A stretch of 64,000 bases of DNA from Takakia lepidozioides (lineage: Eukaryota > Plantae > Bryophyta): positions 70,866,001 through 70,930,000 of the forward strand of contig CM060732.1 of NCBI GenBank assembly GCA_030704615.1, in the 5' to 3' direction. Shown here one piece after another: positions 12,780-26,600 of the stretch. Position 1 is the stretch's first letter, and each line of letters begins with the position of its first letter. Position numbers and translations under genes: made by a program. A model generated the notes under the pieces. The model made no database searches and was not told the origin of the DNA. It saw nothing but the letters and a program-made list of their open reading frames with translations.

Positions 12780-13581
12780 CTACACTAGTGGTATGTGTTC
12801 CTCTAGTCATGTTCATAATCATTTGCACATCACTGTAATAGTGGTATAATTTAAAACTATGGGAGTAGCCAAATGCACACAATTGCCTACATTACCACTC
12901 GTATAGTGGTATAAGTAGTCACATATATATTACTGTACTAGTGGTATGAATTCCTCCAGTGATATTCCTAGTCACTCACACACCACTCTATTAGGAATCA
13001 CTCCAATCCATAGTTCCCACTCAGAGAGACACCATGAATGACTCAAATAGCTTACACACCACTCTATGGGTAATCATTCCAATGACCTGCTGAGAGACGT
13101 CCTCCACTCGAATAACCACTCTGTGAGTAATATTGTATATTCTCAGTTTTCATAGAATGACTCTGAGTCATCTTTTGATCACTCAACAAGTGGTTTCGGA
13201 AGTCATTGATTTTTTCACTCCATCCATTTCGTAGCACTGACACACGACACGTGTCCATGCTGAAAGTGTCGCCATGTGTCGACATAATCTCCAATATCAT
13301 CCACGGACCACCGGCTTACACGTCTCCACTACAAAACGGAAGTGGTTATTTTACCACTATGACACGTCAGTTTACCACTGTGACACGTCATAAGTGGTTG
13401 TTTTACCTCATTGACATGTCAGCGTACAGGTGGACCCGGACGTGAGTGGTTCGAACCACTGTCCTTAACCACGGGTGCCACGTAATGTCTTTCACCACTC
13501 ACTTGTCCTAATCCACTGGTTCTTCATCACTCTAGGGCCGAGTGGTTAACAGAGTGGTTATTCTGCGTTTTTCTTCTAGTG
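12780..13581 (-). mobile_element. CACTA (En/Spm) element terminus with ACCACT-type subterminal repeats
   Basis: Minus strand from 13581 reads CACTAGAAGAAAAACGCAG. Many ACCACT/AGTGGT motifs in both orientations lie within. It abuts the LRR coding sequence exactly; the other terminus was not found. Confidence 0.7.
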
Positions 13582-16500
13582 TCTCCAAGCTTATATAAGA
13601 GTCTAGGTCCAACTTTTCCAACTTTTTCAACAGTCCCAAGGAGTGAGGCAATGCTTGCATGCTGGAGCAACCCTCAAGGTAAAAGAATCTTAACACTTCA
13701 AGATTACCAATGGAATCTGGCAGACCTTTGAGTGTTGTATTCTGGAGGCACAGTCTTCGGAGATGAATCAATGCTCCGATGGAATCAGGCAAGCTCCCCA
13801 AGTTGGTACAAGATTCTAGGTCCAACTCTATGAGCTCTTTCACTAGTCCCAATGAGTCAGAAAATGTTTGTATAAATTGGAGTAACCCTCAAGGTAAATG
13901 AGTCTTAACACTTCAAGATTACCAATGGACTCTGGTAGGGCTTTGAGTGATGTACAATTCTTGAGCCACAGTTGTTTGAGATGAATCAATGTTCCGATGG
14001 AATCAGACAACCTCTCCAAGCTGGTACAAGACTCTAGGTCCAACGTTTTGAGCTCCTTCAATAGACCCAAGCAGTCAGGCAAGGCTTGTATATTGGAACA
14101 ACCCTTAAGGTTGAGGACTTTTAACTTTGTAAGATTACCAATGGAGTCTGGCAGGCCTTTGAGGGCTGTACAATTCATGAGCCACAGTTTTTGGAGATGA
14201 ATCAATGTTTCGATGGCTTCAGGCAAGCTCTCCAAGCTGGTGCAAGAAGAGATATCCAAGTTTTTGAGCTCTTTCAATAGCCCTAAACACTCAGGAAAGG
14301 CTTGGATATTGGAGCAACCCTCAAGGTAAATGAATCTTAACTTTGCAAAATCACCAATGGAGTCTGGCAGGCCTTTGAGTGTTGTACAATTCTTGAGCCA
14401 CATATTTTGGAGATGAATCAATGTCCGATGGAATCCGACAACCTCTCCAAGCTGGTACAAGACTCTAGGCCCAACATTTTGAGCTCCTTCAATAGCCCCA
14501 AGTAGTCAGGCAAGGCTTGTATGTTGGAACAACCCTCAAGGTTGAGGACTTTTAATTTTGCAAGATTACCAATGGAGTCTGGTAGGCCTTTGAGTGCTAT
14601 ACAATTTTGGAGCCACAATTTTTGGAGATGAATCAATGCTCTGATGAAATCAGGCAAGCTCTCCAAGCTCGTACAAGAAAAGAGGTCCAACTCTTTGAGC
14701 TCTTTCAACAGCCCCAAACAATCAGGCCCGACTTGTATGTTGGAACAACCCTCAAAGTTGAGGACTTTTAATTTTGCAAGATTACCAATGGAGTCTGGTA
14801 GGCCTTTAAGTGCTATACAATTCTCGAGCCACAATTTTTGGAGATAAATCAATGCTCCAAAGGAATCAGGCAACCTCGCCAAGCTCCTACAAGAAGAGAG
14901 GTCCAACTCTTCGAGCTTTTTCAACAGCCCAAACAATCAGGCACGACTTGTATGTTGGAACAACCCTCAAGGTTGAAGAATTTTAATTTTGCAAGATTAC
15001 CAATGGACTCTGGTAGGCCTTTGAGTGCTATACAATTCTGGAGCCACAATTTTTGGAGCTGAATCAATGTTCCGATGGATTCAGGCAAGCTCTCCAAGCT
15101 GGTGCATGATGAGAGGTCCAACACTTCGAGCTCTTTCAACAGCCCCAAACAATCGGGAACGACTTGTATGTTGGAACAACCTTGAAGATAAAGGATTTTC
15201 AACAATGCAAGATTACCAATGGAGTCTGGCAAGCCTTTGAGTGTTGTACAATTCATGAGCCGCAGTTGTTGGAGATGAATCAATGTTCCGATGGATTCAG
15301 GCAAGCTCTCCAAGCTGGTGCATGATGAGAGGTCCAACACTTCGAGCTCTTTCAACAGCCCCAAACAATCAGGCATGACTTGTATGTTGGAACAACCCCG
15401 AAGATGGAGGATTTTCAACAATGCAAGATTACCAATGGAGTCTGGCAGGCCTTTGAGTGTTGTACAATCCATGAGCCGCAGTTGTTGGAGATGAATCAAT
15501 GTTCCGATGGATTCAGGCAAGCTCTCCAAGCTGGTGCATGATGAGAGGTCCAACATTTCGAGCTCTTTCAACAGCCCCAAACAATCAGGAACGACTTGTA
15601 TGTTGGAACAACCCTCAAGGTTGAGGACTTTCAACAATGCAAGATTACCAATGGAGTCTGGCAGGCCTTTGAGTGTTGTACAATTATTGAGCCACAGTTG
15701 TTGGAGATGAATCAATGTTCCGATGGATTCAGGCAAGCTCTCCAAGCTGGTGCACGATGAGAGGTCCAACACTTTGAGCTCTTTCAACAGCCCCAAACAA
15801 TCAGGCACGACTTGTATGTTGGAACAACCCTCAAGGTTGAGGACTTTCAACAATGCAAGATTACCAATGGAGTCTGGCAGGCCTTTGAGTGTTGTACAAT
15901 TATTGAGCCACAGTTGTTGGAGATGAATCAATGTTCCGATGGATTCAGGCAAGCTCTCCAAGCTGGTGCACGATGAGAGGTCCAACACTTCGAGCTCTTT
16001 CAACAGCCCCAAACAATCAGGCACGACTTGTATGTTGGAACAACCCTCAAGGAGTACCAATGGAGTCTGGCAGGCCTTTGAGTGTTGTACAATTATTGAG
16101 CCAAAGTTGTTGGAGATGAATCAATGTTCCGATGGATTCAGGCAAGCTCTCCAAGCTGGTGCACGATGAGAGGTCCAACACTTCGAGCTCTTTCAACAGC
16201 CCCAAACAATCAGGCACGACTTGTATGTTGGAACAACCCTCAAGGAGGAGGACTTTCAACAATGCAAGATTACCAATGGAGTCTGGCAGGCCTTTGAGTG
16301 TTGTACAATTATTGAGCCACAGTTGTTGGAGATGAATCAATGTTCCGATGGATTCAGGCAAGCTCTCCAAGCTGGTGCATGATGAGAGGTCCAACACTTT
16401 GAGCTCTTTCAACAGCCCCAAACAATCAGGAACGACTTGTATGTTGGAACAACCCCGAAGATGGAGGATTTTCAACAATGCAAGATTACCAATGGAGTCT

Positions 16501-18290
16501 GGCAGGCCTTTGAGTGTTATATAATTCGAGAGCCGCAGTTGTTGGAGATGAATCAATGCTCCGATGGATTCAGGCAAGCTCTCCAAGCTGGGGCATAATG
16601 AGAGGTCCAACACTTCGAGCTCTTTCAACAGCCCCAAACAATCAGGCACGACTTTGTATGTTGGAACAACCCTGAAGAAAGAGGATTTTCAACAATGCAA
16701 GATTACCAATGGAGTCTGGCAGGCCTTTGAGTGTTGTACAATTATTGAGCCACAGTTGTTGGAGATGAATCAATGTTCCGATGGATTCAGGCAAATCCTC
16801 CAAGCTGGTGCATGATGAGAGGTCCAACACTTCGAGCTCTTTCAACAGCCCCAAACAATCAGGAACGACTTGTATGTTGGAACAACCTTGAAGATAAAGG
16901 ATTTTCAACAATGCAAGATTACCAATGGAGTCTGGCAAGCCTTTGAGTGTTGTACAATTCTCGAGCCGCAGTTGTTGGAGATGAATCAATGTTCCGATGG
17001 ATTCAGGCAAGCTCTCCAAGCTGGTGCATGATGAGAGGTCCAACACTTCGAGCTCTTTCAACAGCCCCAAACAATCAGGCACGACTTGTATGTTGGAACA
17101 ACCCCGAAGATGGAGGATTTTTAACAATGGAAGATTACCAATGGAGTCTGGCAGGCCTTTGAGTGTTGTACAATCCATGAGCCGCAGTTGTTGGAGATGA
17201 ATCAATGTTCCGATGGATTCAGGCAAGCTCTCCAAGCTGGTGCATGATGAGAGGTCCGACATTTCGAGCTCTTTCAACAGCCCCAAACAATCAGGAACGA
17301 CTTGTATGTTGGAACAACCCCGAAGATGGAGGATTTTCAGCAATGCAAGATTACCAATGGAGTCTGGCAAGCCTTTGAGTGTTGTACAATTATTGAGTTG
17401 CAGTTGTTCGAGCTGAATCAATGCTCCAATGGATTCAGGCAAGCTCTCCAAGCTGGTGCATGATGAGAGGTCCAACTCTTCGAGCTCTTTCAACAACCCC
17501 AAACAATCAGGCACGACTTGTATGTTGGAACAACCTTGAAGATGGAGGATTTTCAGCAATGCAAGATTACCAATGGAGTCTGGCAGGCCTTTGAGTGTTG
17601 TACAATTAATGAGCCGCAGTTGTTGGAGATTAAACAATGTTCCGATGGATTCAGGCAAGCTCTCCAAGCTGGTGCATGATGAGAGGTCCAACACTTCGAG
17701 CTCTTTCAACAGCCCCAAACAATCAGGCACGACTTTGTATGTTGGAACAACCCTCAAGGTGGAGGATTTTTAACAATGGAAGATTACCAATTGAGTCTGG
17801 CAGGCCTTTGAGTGTTGTACAATTACTGAGCCCCAATTTTTGGAACTGAATCAATGCTCCGATGGATTCAGGCAAGCTCTCCAAGCTGCTGCATGATGAA
17901 AGGTCCAACTCTTCGAGCTCTTTCAACAGCCCCAAGCAATCAGGCACGACTTGTATGTTGGAACAACCCCGAAGATGGAGGATTTTCAACAATGCAAGAT
18001 TACCAATGGAGTCTGGCAGACCTTTGAGTGTTGTACAATTAATGAGCCGCAGTTGTTGGAGCTGAATCAATGTTCCGATGGATTCAGGCAAGCTCTCCAA
18101 GCTGGTGCATGATGAGAGGTCCAACACTTCGAGCTCTTTCAACAGCCCCAAACAATCAGGCACGACTTGTATGTTGGAACAACCCTCAAGGTGGAGGATT
18201 TTTAACAATGCAAGATCACCCATGGAGTCTGGCAGGCCTTTGAGTGTTATACAATGCTTGATAATCATTTTTTGAAGCATCGTTAGCTCT
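13582..18290 (-). repeat. LRR-coding tandem array, 216-bp higher-order unit (3 x 24 aa), about 22 units
   Basis: Near-identical units recur at 216-bp spacing (e.g. 15291, 15507, 15723, 15939). Confidence 0.95.
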
Positions 18291-21200
18291 CCAATCGAAT
18301 GCGGAAGCATTTTAAGTCTCCAACACCTAAATAATTCTATCTCCTCCAATTTTTTCATATGAGCCAAAGTGTGTGTTGGACCCTTCAAGACAATATCACC
18401 AAAATTTATTACTATCCGCACTTAATTTTACTCAAAATAATAGATATTGATCCCAGCTCATTTTTTACAACACAACATTTCAAAGAATCATACAATCTAA
18501 AGTCTACATTTAATGTAATATATAATATTCAATTTCAGTAACATGTACCTGATTATTATGATCTTCCTCCCACAACTTTTGGATGGTACTGTCTTGCACA
18601 TAAAGCACGCGCAAATTGTTCGCAAAAGAAAGCCCATGAGGCAAGTAGTCGGATCGCAAATCACAGATGCGAAACCATGTCAAACTCTTTGGAAAAGTAA
18701 TGGAAGATTCCCATGTTTTCACATGTAAGAAAAGTATTCTTAGCTTTTTCATGGTCTGAAAGCTCTCCATAGCCAATCTTTTGGAATCTCTGTCCACATT
18801 CTCCAAATTTAGTGAAAGCACTTGGACTTTGGATTTGATCTGGACAACACCACAACATACATTCTTGTATTCAACAGATAATAACATTCATGACATCTTC
18901 AAATAGAAATTCCAATCATATGGCATCTATGAAAAGAATTGAACGTGCATTACATTTTGTGTTTCTCTTGTACAATGAATGTCCATTGTTGATTTACAGT
19001 CAAGCCTTGAAGTTGTGCAGCTCTCAAAATGAGTTAACACTTGGAACATTCAGTTCGCTCCCTCTTCACCCATCAATCAAATATTTGAGTCTTGACTTGC
19101 ATCGTACAAACTTTAACAACAATGGAATAGACAGTTCGATTTTTATGAAATCACCTCATTTTCAGTCAGGTCTGTTGCTTCATCTTGGGGTACCCAAAAG
19201 CCACTCCACTCCTCAAGCAAACCATGCCTTGTCATCACAATGTGTCGACCCATGTCTCGTATATGATCATGCATCAAGAATCTGCGTTCATGGTCCAACT
19301 TCACCAATGCCTTATCAATGAGATTTCGAAGTCCAATCTCTACAGACCACCCAGATCCTTTCCAGGCTCGTTTAGCCATCTCACTTGATTCCCCAAGGAG
19401 CACGCAAGCAATGTCAAGGAACATTTTTTTATGATCTTCCTCGAGAGCATCAAAGCTTATTCGCAAGATCTCATACAGTTTTTTGTTCTCTGGGAGATAA
19501 GATTGTTTCTTCAACTTCTCAAGGACTTCTTCCCAAATGCCTCTGTTCTCCTCTCCACTCAATGATGTGCCAATTATCTCCAAAATTAACGGAAGCCCAC
19601 CACAAGCTTTCACAACATCATTTGCAAGCTTTTCAAAATGTTCTTTTGGGTTCGAATTCGAAAAGGCATGCAAATTGAACAACTTCTTCGAATCTTCCTC
19701 ACAAAGACCCTCGACATTGTACATACCACCAAGTTTTAACATCAATCGCGTGTCACGTGATGTCATCACACAACAACTCCCATCTCCTAGTTCTCCAAAC
19801 ATCTCTGCATCGAACAATAGAGCATCCATTTGAGACTGATGATCAACGTCATCCAACACAATCAAAACCTTCTTCCCGCGTAGACGCGCCTTCAATATTT
19901 CTTTTCCTGAAGATTCGCAATTCATCCTAAAATCTGTATTTTTGCATATGTCATCGTGCAATTGCTTTTGCATGTTGGTGACCCCATCAGGCTGCTTAGC
20001 TCTCTCCTTGATGTCCGCCACAAAACTAGCCGCCTCAAAACCCTTAAAAATACTGTTGTATATTTCTTTTGCTAATGTCGTCTTGCCCACTCCACCTGTG
20101 CCCCATATGCCAAATGTCATAACTCGTGGACCAAGCTGCAGACTTTGGATTACAATTTTTGCTCTTTCCTTAAGCCCGACAGGGTGTTTGGCAGTTTCAA
20201 ATGGTAATATGTTACTTCTTCAACTTTCTTCACGACTTTCTTCACCACACTCGCTTCAGACCTGCACATCAAGGGTATCGATAAGGCTACATAAGGCAGT
20301 GCCCCATAAGCATCTCATCAAGAATTGCTTCTAAGAATCAGTAATTTTCAATCAGTTATCCAAAGTCAAAAGCAAGCTTCCAAGGAGCTCCAACATCTAC
20401 ACCACAATCAGCACCACACTTTGTGATCTAAGAGTGCAACAAACAACTTTTTATGCAAAGCTCATAGTGCCAAGGGGCTTTGCCATTAAAAGTGATGTTG
20501 ATCCACTAAAAGATCTCGTCAGAAAACAAACAATTACAACTATCATGAAATTTATATGAAATATCCTAAATCATATAATTAAAGTCCCACTTCTACATTT
20601 GCAATGCACTATTCTTTCCTAGGAGATAAAAAGAATGAGGAAATAGAGAGTGGGCTGTAATATTTTTTCGAATATGGAGATATATCCATACTTATAGTTA
20701 AAGGTAGCGAAATAAGAAGCATTGGGCAGATCTGATCTAAGGTTATTAGAGGAATTTTCAGATGAGCAAACAAAAAACAATTAGAGAAACAGCAACAAAA
20801 AAGTAATAGAAAAAGAAAAAGAAAAGAAAAAAAGAAGCATGTATAAAAGACGCCGCCCATAACAAAACAATGAACAAGGATTCATATGAACCCTGAACTA
20901 AGAATTGTAGCATATAGACTTGGTGACTGCCTCTCACACATCCATGGACCAAGCAAAAAATGAAGCCGTATGGAAGTATCAGGCCACCATCATTTTCTCT
21001 CCAAGAGAAAGTAAGTGCAATGACCTGATGGTACAAGAACGCATGACAAATCCTTAAAACCGACAAGAGAAGAAAACGATATCCCCATGCAGCCCCTCGT
21101 TGTTGACAAAGGCCTCCACAACTTCAAGGGTAGAGTCATAAAAGGAAGACAGCAAGGTAGGAGCAATTGGGAAATGAATGCTTACAAAAGTCAAAATTAT

Positions 21201-21724
21201 GAAAGAGACGTGTTCTCAGGAGTGGGAGGGAGGTGGGAAATCAAGTAAATCATCATCATGCCAAATATACAGGAGTAAGCAAGCAAACTTTGCACACCCT
21301 ACCCATCTGCAAGTTCCACTCGCATGCGATGTGATGCTTGAGTGAGTGCTTCCTTCCACTTTGTCACTTCTTCATCAGTGTGCCGCTGTCTTAGTTTCTC
21401 ATTATCTGGCCTACGTACATCGCTGGGTGTCACATCATAGAAGATGGGCAAGATGATGACATTGTCACAGCTTTTCAACATGAGGCATAGCTCATCCAGG
21501 CACCACTTGGACTCCGTATAACCCTTACTGAACACCGGTATGCAGATACGAGCACTGTGGATAGCATGATCGATGGACTCCCATGGACTCTCTCCCAAAC
21601 CAATATCTTTGGCATCGAGGAACGGTTTAAACCCAGCAGTGTGCAGCGCCTCATACAAGTGGCCCACGAAAGTCTTCTTTACGTCCGGCCCTCTATGACT
21701 GATAAACACATCATACCAGTCCAC
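13582..21724 (-). pseudogene. TIR-NB-ARC-LRR (TNL) immune receptor, frameshifted and 3'-truncated
   Basis: TIR exon (YDVFISHRGPDVKKTFV..WCLDEL). NB-ARC with GTGGVGKTT, LIVLDDV, GLPL and MHD. Long LRR region. Frame breaks near 20220, 18420, 17735, 16654, 16055, 14930, 14420 and 13860. Start codon not resolved. Confidence 0.93.
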
Positions 21725-23452
21725 GGGACCTGCACATAGAAGAACAGAACCTTTTCCTGCACAAAGTGAATGCCTAAGAGGATGAGGTTGACTTGCAAAA
21801 GGGTCAGTTTAATCTGACCTTAACTCAAGGGGATTTTCCAGCAGCCATGACAAGAAAACAATGCCCAAGTAAATGCCCATGCCTGAGCATACAAACCAAA
21901 AAATGGTGAGGCTCCTGGGGCTGAGCGAAAAGGTATTTACCAAGCCACCAGTTCCCTCACCCCTGACTCTCTTTCTATCTTTCATACCTCAGATTCGTAC
22001 CAATTGTGACACTATTTAGGTGTGTGACTCTTAGTGCACATCACCTACGGACTCACATGTACCGATCAACACCAGTATTGTAATACCAGTGTTAGACCTT
22101 CAAGCTGGCGTCCTTGGACTTCTAAAACAGATTAAACTTTTCTCATCTCCAGCAGGTAACTCCCACTTTCAGTCGTGCACCCAGCTTACTCACCTACGTC
22201 GTTTCTTCCAGTTCTCTTGCATTCCCATGTCATCATGTTTACCACGGATAGTTCCTAAACTTAACACCAGAACAGTGCTTCTTCATTCAGATCGGGTCTG
22301 GTGCGAACTACTCCCCATACTCCAAACAAGTTGGCGCAAGGTGAGAAGGACTTATGCTCATCAAGTCCCGCCAAATTTCCACCACTTTTGGGAGGTGCGG
22401 AATGTTCACAAAAGAAGCTCGCGGCGGTGGGCTATCGTCTGATAACTCCTACTAATTGTCAATCCCACCCAAGGAAGCCGGCGGAGTAGCTCTCTCAATG
22501 GAGGAAAGAAAGCTGACAGCGTTACCTCTGGGGGTTCGGTTGCCGCGGTTGATATCCACTGAGTCATCCTCGGCAGCCCGTTCATGTGGATCCTGAGAGC
22601 TGGAAGCAAGCGTGGACCTTTGAGCAGATGCAGCGCTGATATCCACTGAGTCATCCTCGGATCCACTGGATTTCGACCAGAGGAGACGATGCAGGGCGTC
22701 CATGGCAGCGAGCACGCAAGAAGAAGCAAGTAGCACTGAAGACACAGGATCGCAGTGAGGATCAGAAGGACCCAACACGTGCCTCGCTCCCTATCTCTTC
22801 CCAGTGTTCATCCAGAAATATGGATGAACAATCCGCTCATGGATGTTCGTTGACCTTCCCGTTAAACATAAAGCACTTGCCCAGTGGTTGGGTGTTTGTG
22901 CGTGTCATAACCTGGGTGATACCGGGTTCAATCCTTCAACATGTGCCTTCATACCGTCCATTGGGCCCTCGATGGGCCTGTGTGTTGAGAAGTAGGATTA
23001 GTAAATTCACTGGACGTTAAGGAAACTTTATCTTTATCTTTATCTTTATTCTTGTTATTATCTGCTCCCCAAGAGTAGATTGGCTCGCTTGGGGGCACTG
23101 CCAGACTTTCTTCTTTTCAACAAAAGCTGGAAGAACACTCAAAAAAAGCTAGTAGTGACTAGAGAATGAAAAGAAGTGCCTGGTCGAAAAGATTCGGAAG
23201 GTGGAAGGAAATCTTTCACGTGCTTTATGCAAGGGAAGCGAAAATCGAGGAATGCCCCACACCATGGGCCTGGAGTGGTGCAATCAAGTCGCCCGAGCTC
23301 TCCTCACATAAATTACATATCCACAATCGTGGGTATCTGAACATGCTCTCTCTTGGTCTTTTTCCATGTCCAAAGTACTATGATAGTGCACTACTGCTCA
23401 ATTGACTCATTGCACCGAATCTTTTGTTGTTGTGTACATGAATCCATCGAAT

Positions 23453-23628
23453 TGTATATATATTTACATTTGACGCCCCTCGAAGGAAGCGCAAATTATG
23501 GTGTCTCTTTCACCCCAAAGGGTTAATGCCTTCCGCCACGAAGGTGGACACCTTTGTGACACAAATGGGTGCATTGAACCCACAACCACTTCCGAGGTGG
23601 TGTGTGTCCATTACCATTGGGCTACAAC
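23453..23628 (-). mobile_element. tRNA-derived SINE-like element
   Basis: Minus strand has an A-box TAGCCCAATGG, a B-box GGTTCAATGC and a (TA)n tail. A related partial copy is at 59655-59775 (+). Confidence 0.55.
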
Positions 23629-26600
23629 TTGAATCCATCAAACAACCTTCAAAGAGGTGGAAAAAGAATAGACGGTAGAATGTCATGTCTGCACAACAGA
23701 GCTGGAAAAAGTGGAAGGCAGGACAAGAGGAAAGGTGGGGCCCAACCGTCCCCCAATGCTCACTTCAGAAGTGAGATTTTTTTTAGGCTGTTCTGATTTC
23801 CTGTACAATAGAAAATCATCAGTTTGTTTCAAAATGTTCACTGCACCATGAAACAAAGAAAGAAAGAAATTCTACACTATCAATGGGAAGCTAAGAAAGT
23901 TTATGGGACGAAGGAAGTTGGATACAAGGACAGTGGGGCCCACTACAAGCAGCCCAAAAACTACATTGGAACTTCAAGAAATTCTTTAAGGTAGAGGCAT
24001 CTTCTGATCCTTGCAAAGAAACACATCTGTGTCAGATTGGCTATCGCTACATAGGCAGTAGTAGTGGGACAATGAGTAAAGAAATGCTCAGTCTCCATCT
24101 CCAGAAGCCAGGCAGAGTTGTCTAGCATGTTGTACCTATCCCATCTCCTAGTCTCTATCCTCACACTTTGTAAGCCCACATTAGGAGATGGAGAGAGAGG
24201 CACAATCCAATACTTAGGCTGTAAGATCCTGTCCTCGGGAGAAGAAGGAAGGCGAATCGATAGAGCTGCAGTTATGCGTTAAGTGGAGTCAGGAATTTCT
24301 CAGTTATCTCCCCCTGACATAGAGTTCAAACTCATGTCTAATGAGTCACAGGGGGGGAGCCCTCTTTGATCTCAACTCCCCTCCACCAGGTACAAACTTC
24401 TCAGCTCCAGGGTAATGGCGCCTCTTTGCTCTCAAGTTCCGCCCACAAACTCCTCCATTACCATCTCCACCATTTGCACTTCTGGTTTGAATGCATGAGG
24501 TACCTTCATATACATATCTTTTGATGTTATCAGCTCAAGAGCTATATCTCATTATTAATGAGTCTACAAAATAATGGGACCTTAAACCCTCATCCATACC
24601 GAGAAATGGAGGTATGACTTGTACATTACAAAATAACCCGGTTTCAGAGCAGGATATATTTATAACACAAAGAAAGGACCTCTGGTCAGACTCTCTATAC
24701 CATACATACATATATATTCTTCGCTACCATCTAAAGAAAGAGGTTAGAGGAAGTCACACGCTAACCCAACTTATGATCATTGCATAATGGTCTTTGAAAA
24801 TTGAAGAGAACACATAGAAACCATATCCAATGCCTTGGAAGCACTTGACAATGGCTTCAAACATAATGTACCAAAGATGTCTAGCAAAGCAGGACAAGCA
24901 CTATGTGGGGGCTTGGATGGAAGGTGAAGCTGTTGACACCTCCATGTTGCATGGATGTGCCACGGGCTTTGTTGTGTATTTGTGTGCATTGGTGCAAAAG
25001 AGAGTACGTAAGTACCCCACCAGCAGGAAGCAGAAATAAGCATGGATAAATGCAAGCACAATTCTGCAAAGGAAGTTATGCTTGAGGGAGTAGAAGCTGC
25101 AGGACTACCTGAAGGACAGCTTGCTGAACTTTCTGAGTCTGGCCTTTTGATGCCTTACCTGCCACAGTGCATATAAAGGCCACATGTCAAAAAGATTGAT
25201 TAACTGTTGCAGCTGTGATCTCACCATGAAGGAAGCTGAATTACATGGGTCACTTATATTCTGCGAGGTACCGTTGAATCAAGAGACACACAAGATCTGC
25301 CCTCCATGAGGTCCTCAATATCTTCCTTGGTGCAGTCATTGCACCTCCCATCTTACAATGCTTTAGATAGAGTTATAAGCAACTAGAAAGAGCACATGTT
25401 CGCTGAGACATATCCCATCTCTATGAGAACTATAATGGTGTTGAAGGGCAGCATAGGAAAGAAAGCAGTGGAACCTGATGCACATTATCAGTTTGGGTGA
25501 CACAAATCCCAGGTGAGCTCGAAACAAAATTGTTTGAAGCAAATAGGAAATCAGTTTCATTAAAAATACAGGTGGAATTCACAAAAAGAAATAATCAAAG
25601 GTTTACAGGCTGACCATTGCCCTAAACAGTTGAGAATTGCAAACAATCCTTACTTACCAGAGCTCTGCCCAATAAACTCCATTGCTTTGACAACATCTCC
25701 AACTCTGTTGAGAGCTTCCATAATGTCTCTGCAATTAGGGATCACACACTAGTTGATGATAGATTAAAAATTACTTGACACGTTCCCTGAAATTGGTGAA
25801 GATAATCACTTGTGTCTAGCTAGATCATGTCGACCTGTCCCCATAAAAAACCAGCACCAATCTCAGGAAAACCTTTGATGCTCAGGTAAGATTCAACAAA
25901 GCATTCACCCTCCTCCGCCAAAGTTTTGCTGTAGGTTAGGTTGCCACAGTGAACATAAAATGCTTGGATCATATCTCCCTTGTGCTGCAAGGCCATTTGC
26001 TGTGGGTGAGGACTCTTGAGCACCTTACAAAGTAACTATTGGTAGTTGAAAGGCATCAAGACAGCCTTGATAGAGCATAGCAGAATGCCAAAGCCTATTT
26101 AGGGTTTATTATTACATACTTCAACTGGGCAACAAAAACAAACGGATTGCCATCCAAATCCATGGTCAGTAGATGTACTAGAGAATGGAGAGGGGTTTAG
26201 CTGAAATAAGAGAGTATAATTTCCTCCATCTTTAGTAGTTTGGAGTTGGAGACACCATGGCCAACACCCTGCTGCATCAGGCTCCTTACATACTGCAGCT
26301 TAGCATTCTTTGCCAGCTGCTATACAAAAAATGGTTGAAATGAGTTGGAGCTTCTCGAGTCCCAGATCCAGGCTGCTTCATCATCTATATATGCTCTCAT
26401 CTGATTATCCGCAGGGTACAGAAATCTTTTCACGGTAAAAGTAGACAAGCGTGAGCTTTGTGGCCTCCTCATTCATTGGGATTTGGGTGGGAGTCTCGAC
26501 TGAGATGTTTTGTGGTGCATAATCTTGCAGAAAGCAGCCGGAAGGACGGAAAAACCTACTGGAAGGCTAAAGAGATTGGGCTCGAACTAGAGCAGGTACT

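Noticed and set aside
13997-18275. Series of 60-70 aa plus-strand ORFs (MDSGKLSKL...)
   Set aside because: Antisense shadows of the 216-bp LRR unit.
22005-23122. Possible solo LTR with an internal 23-bp direct repeat (GATATCCACTGAGTCATCCTCGG)
   Set aside because: TG...CA ends are possible, but no TSD, PBS or second copy was found.
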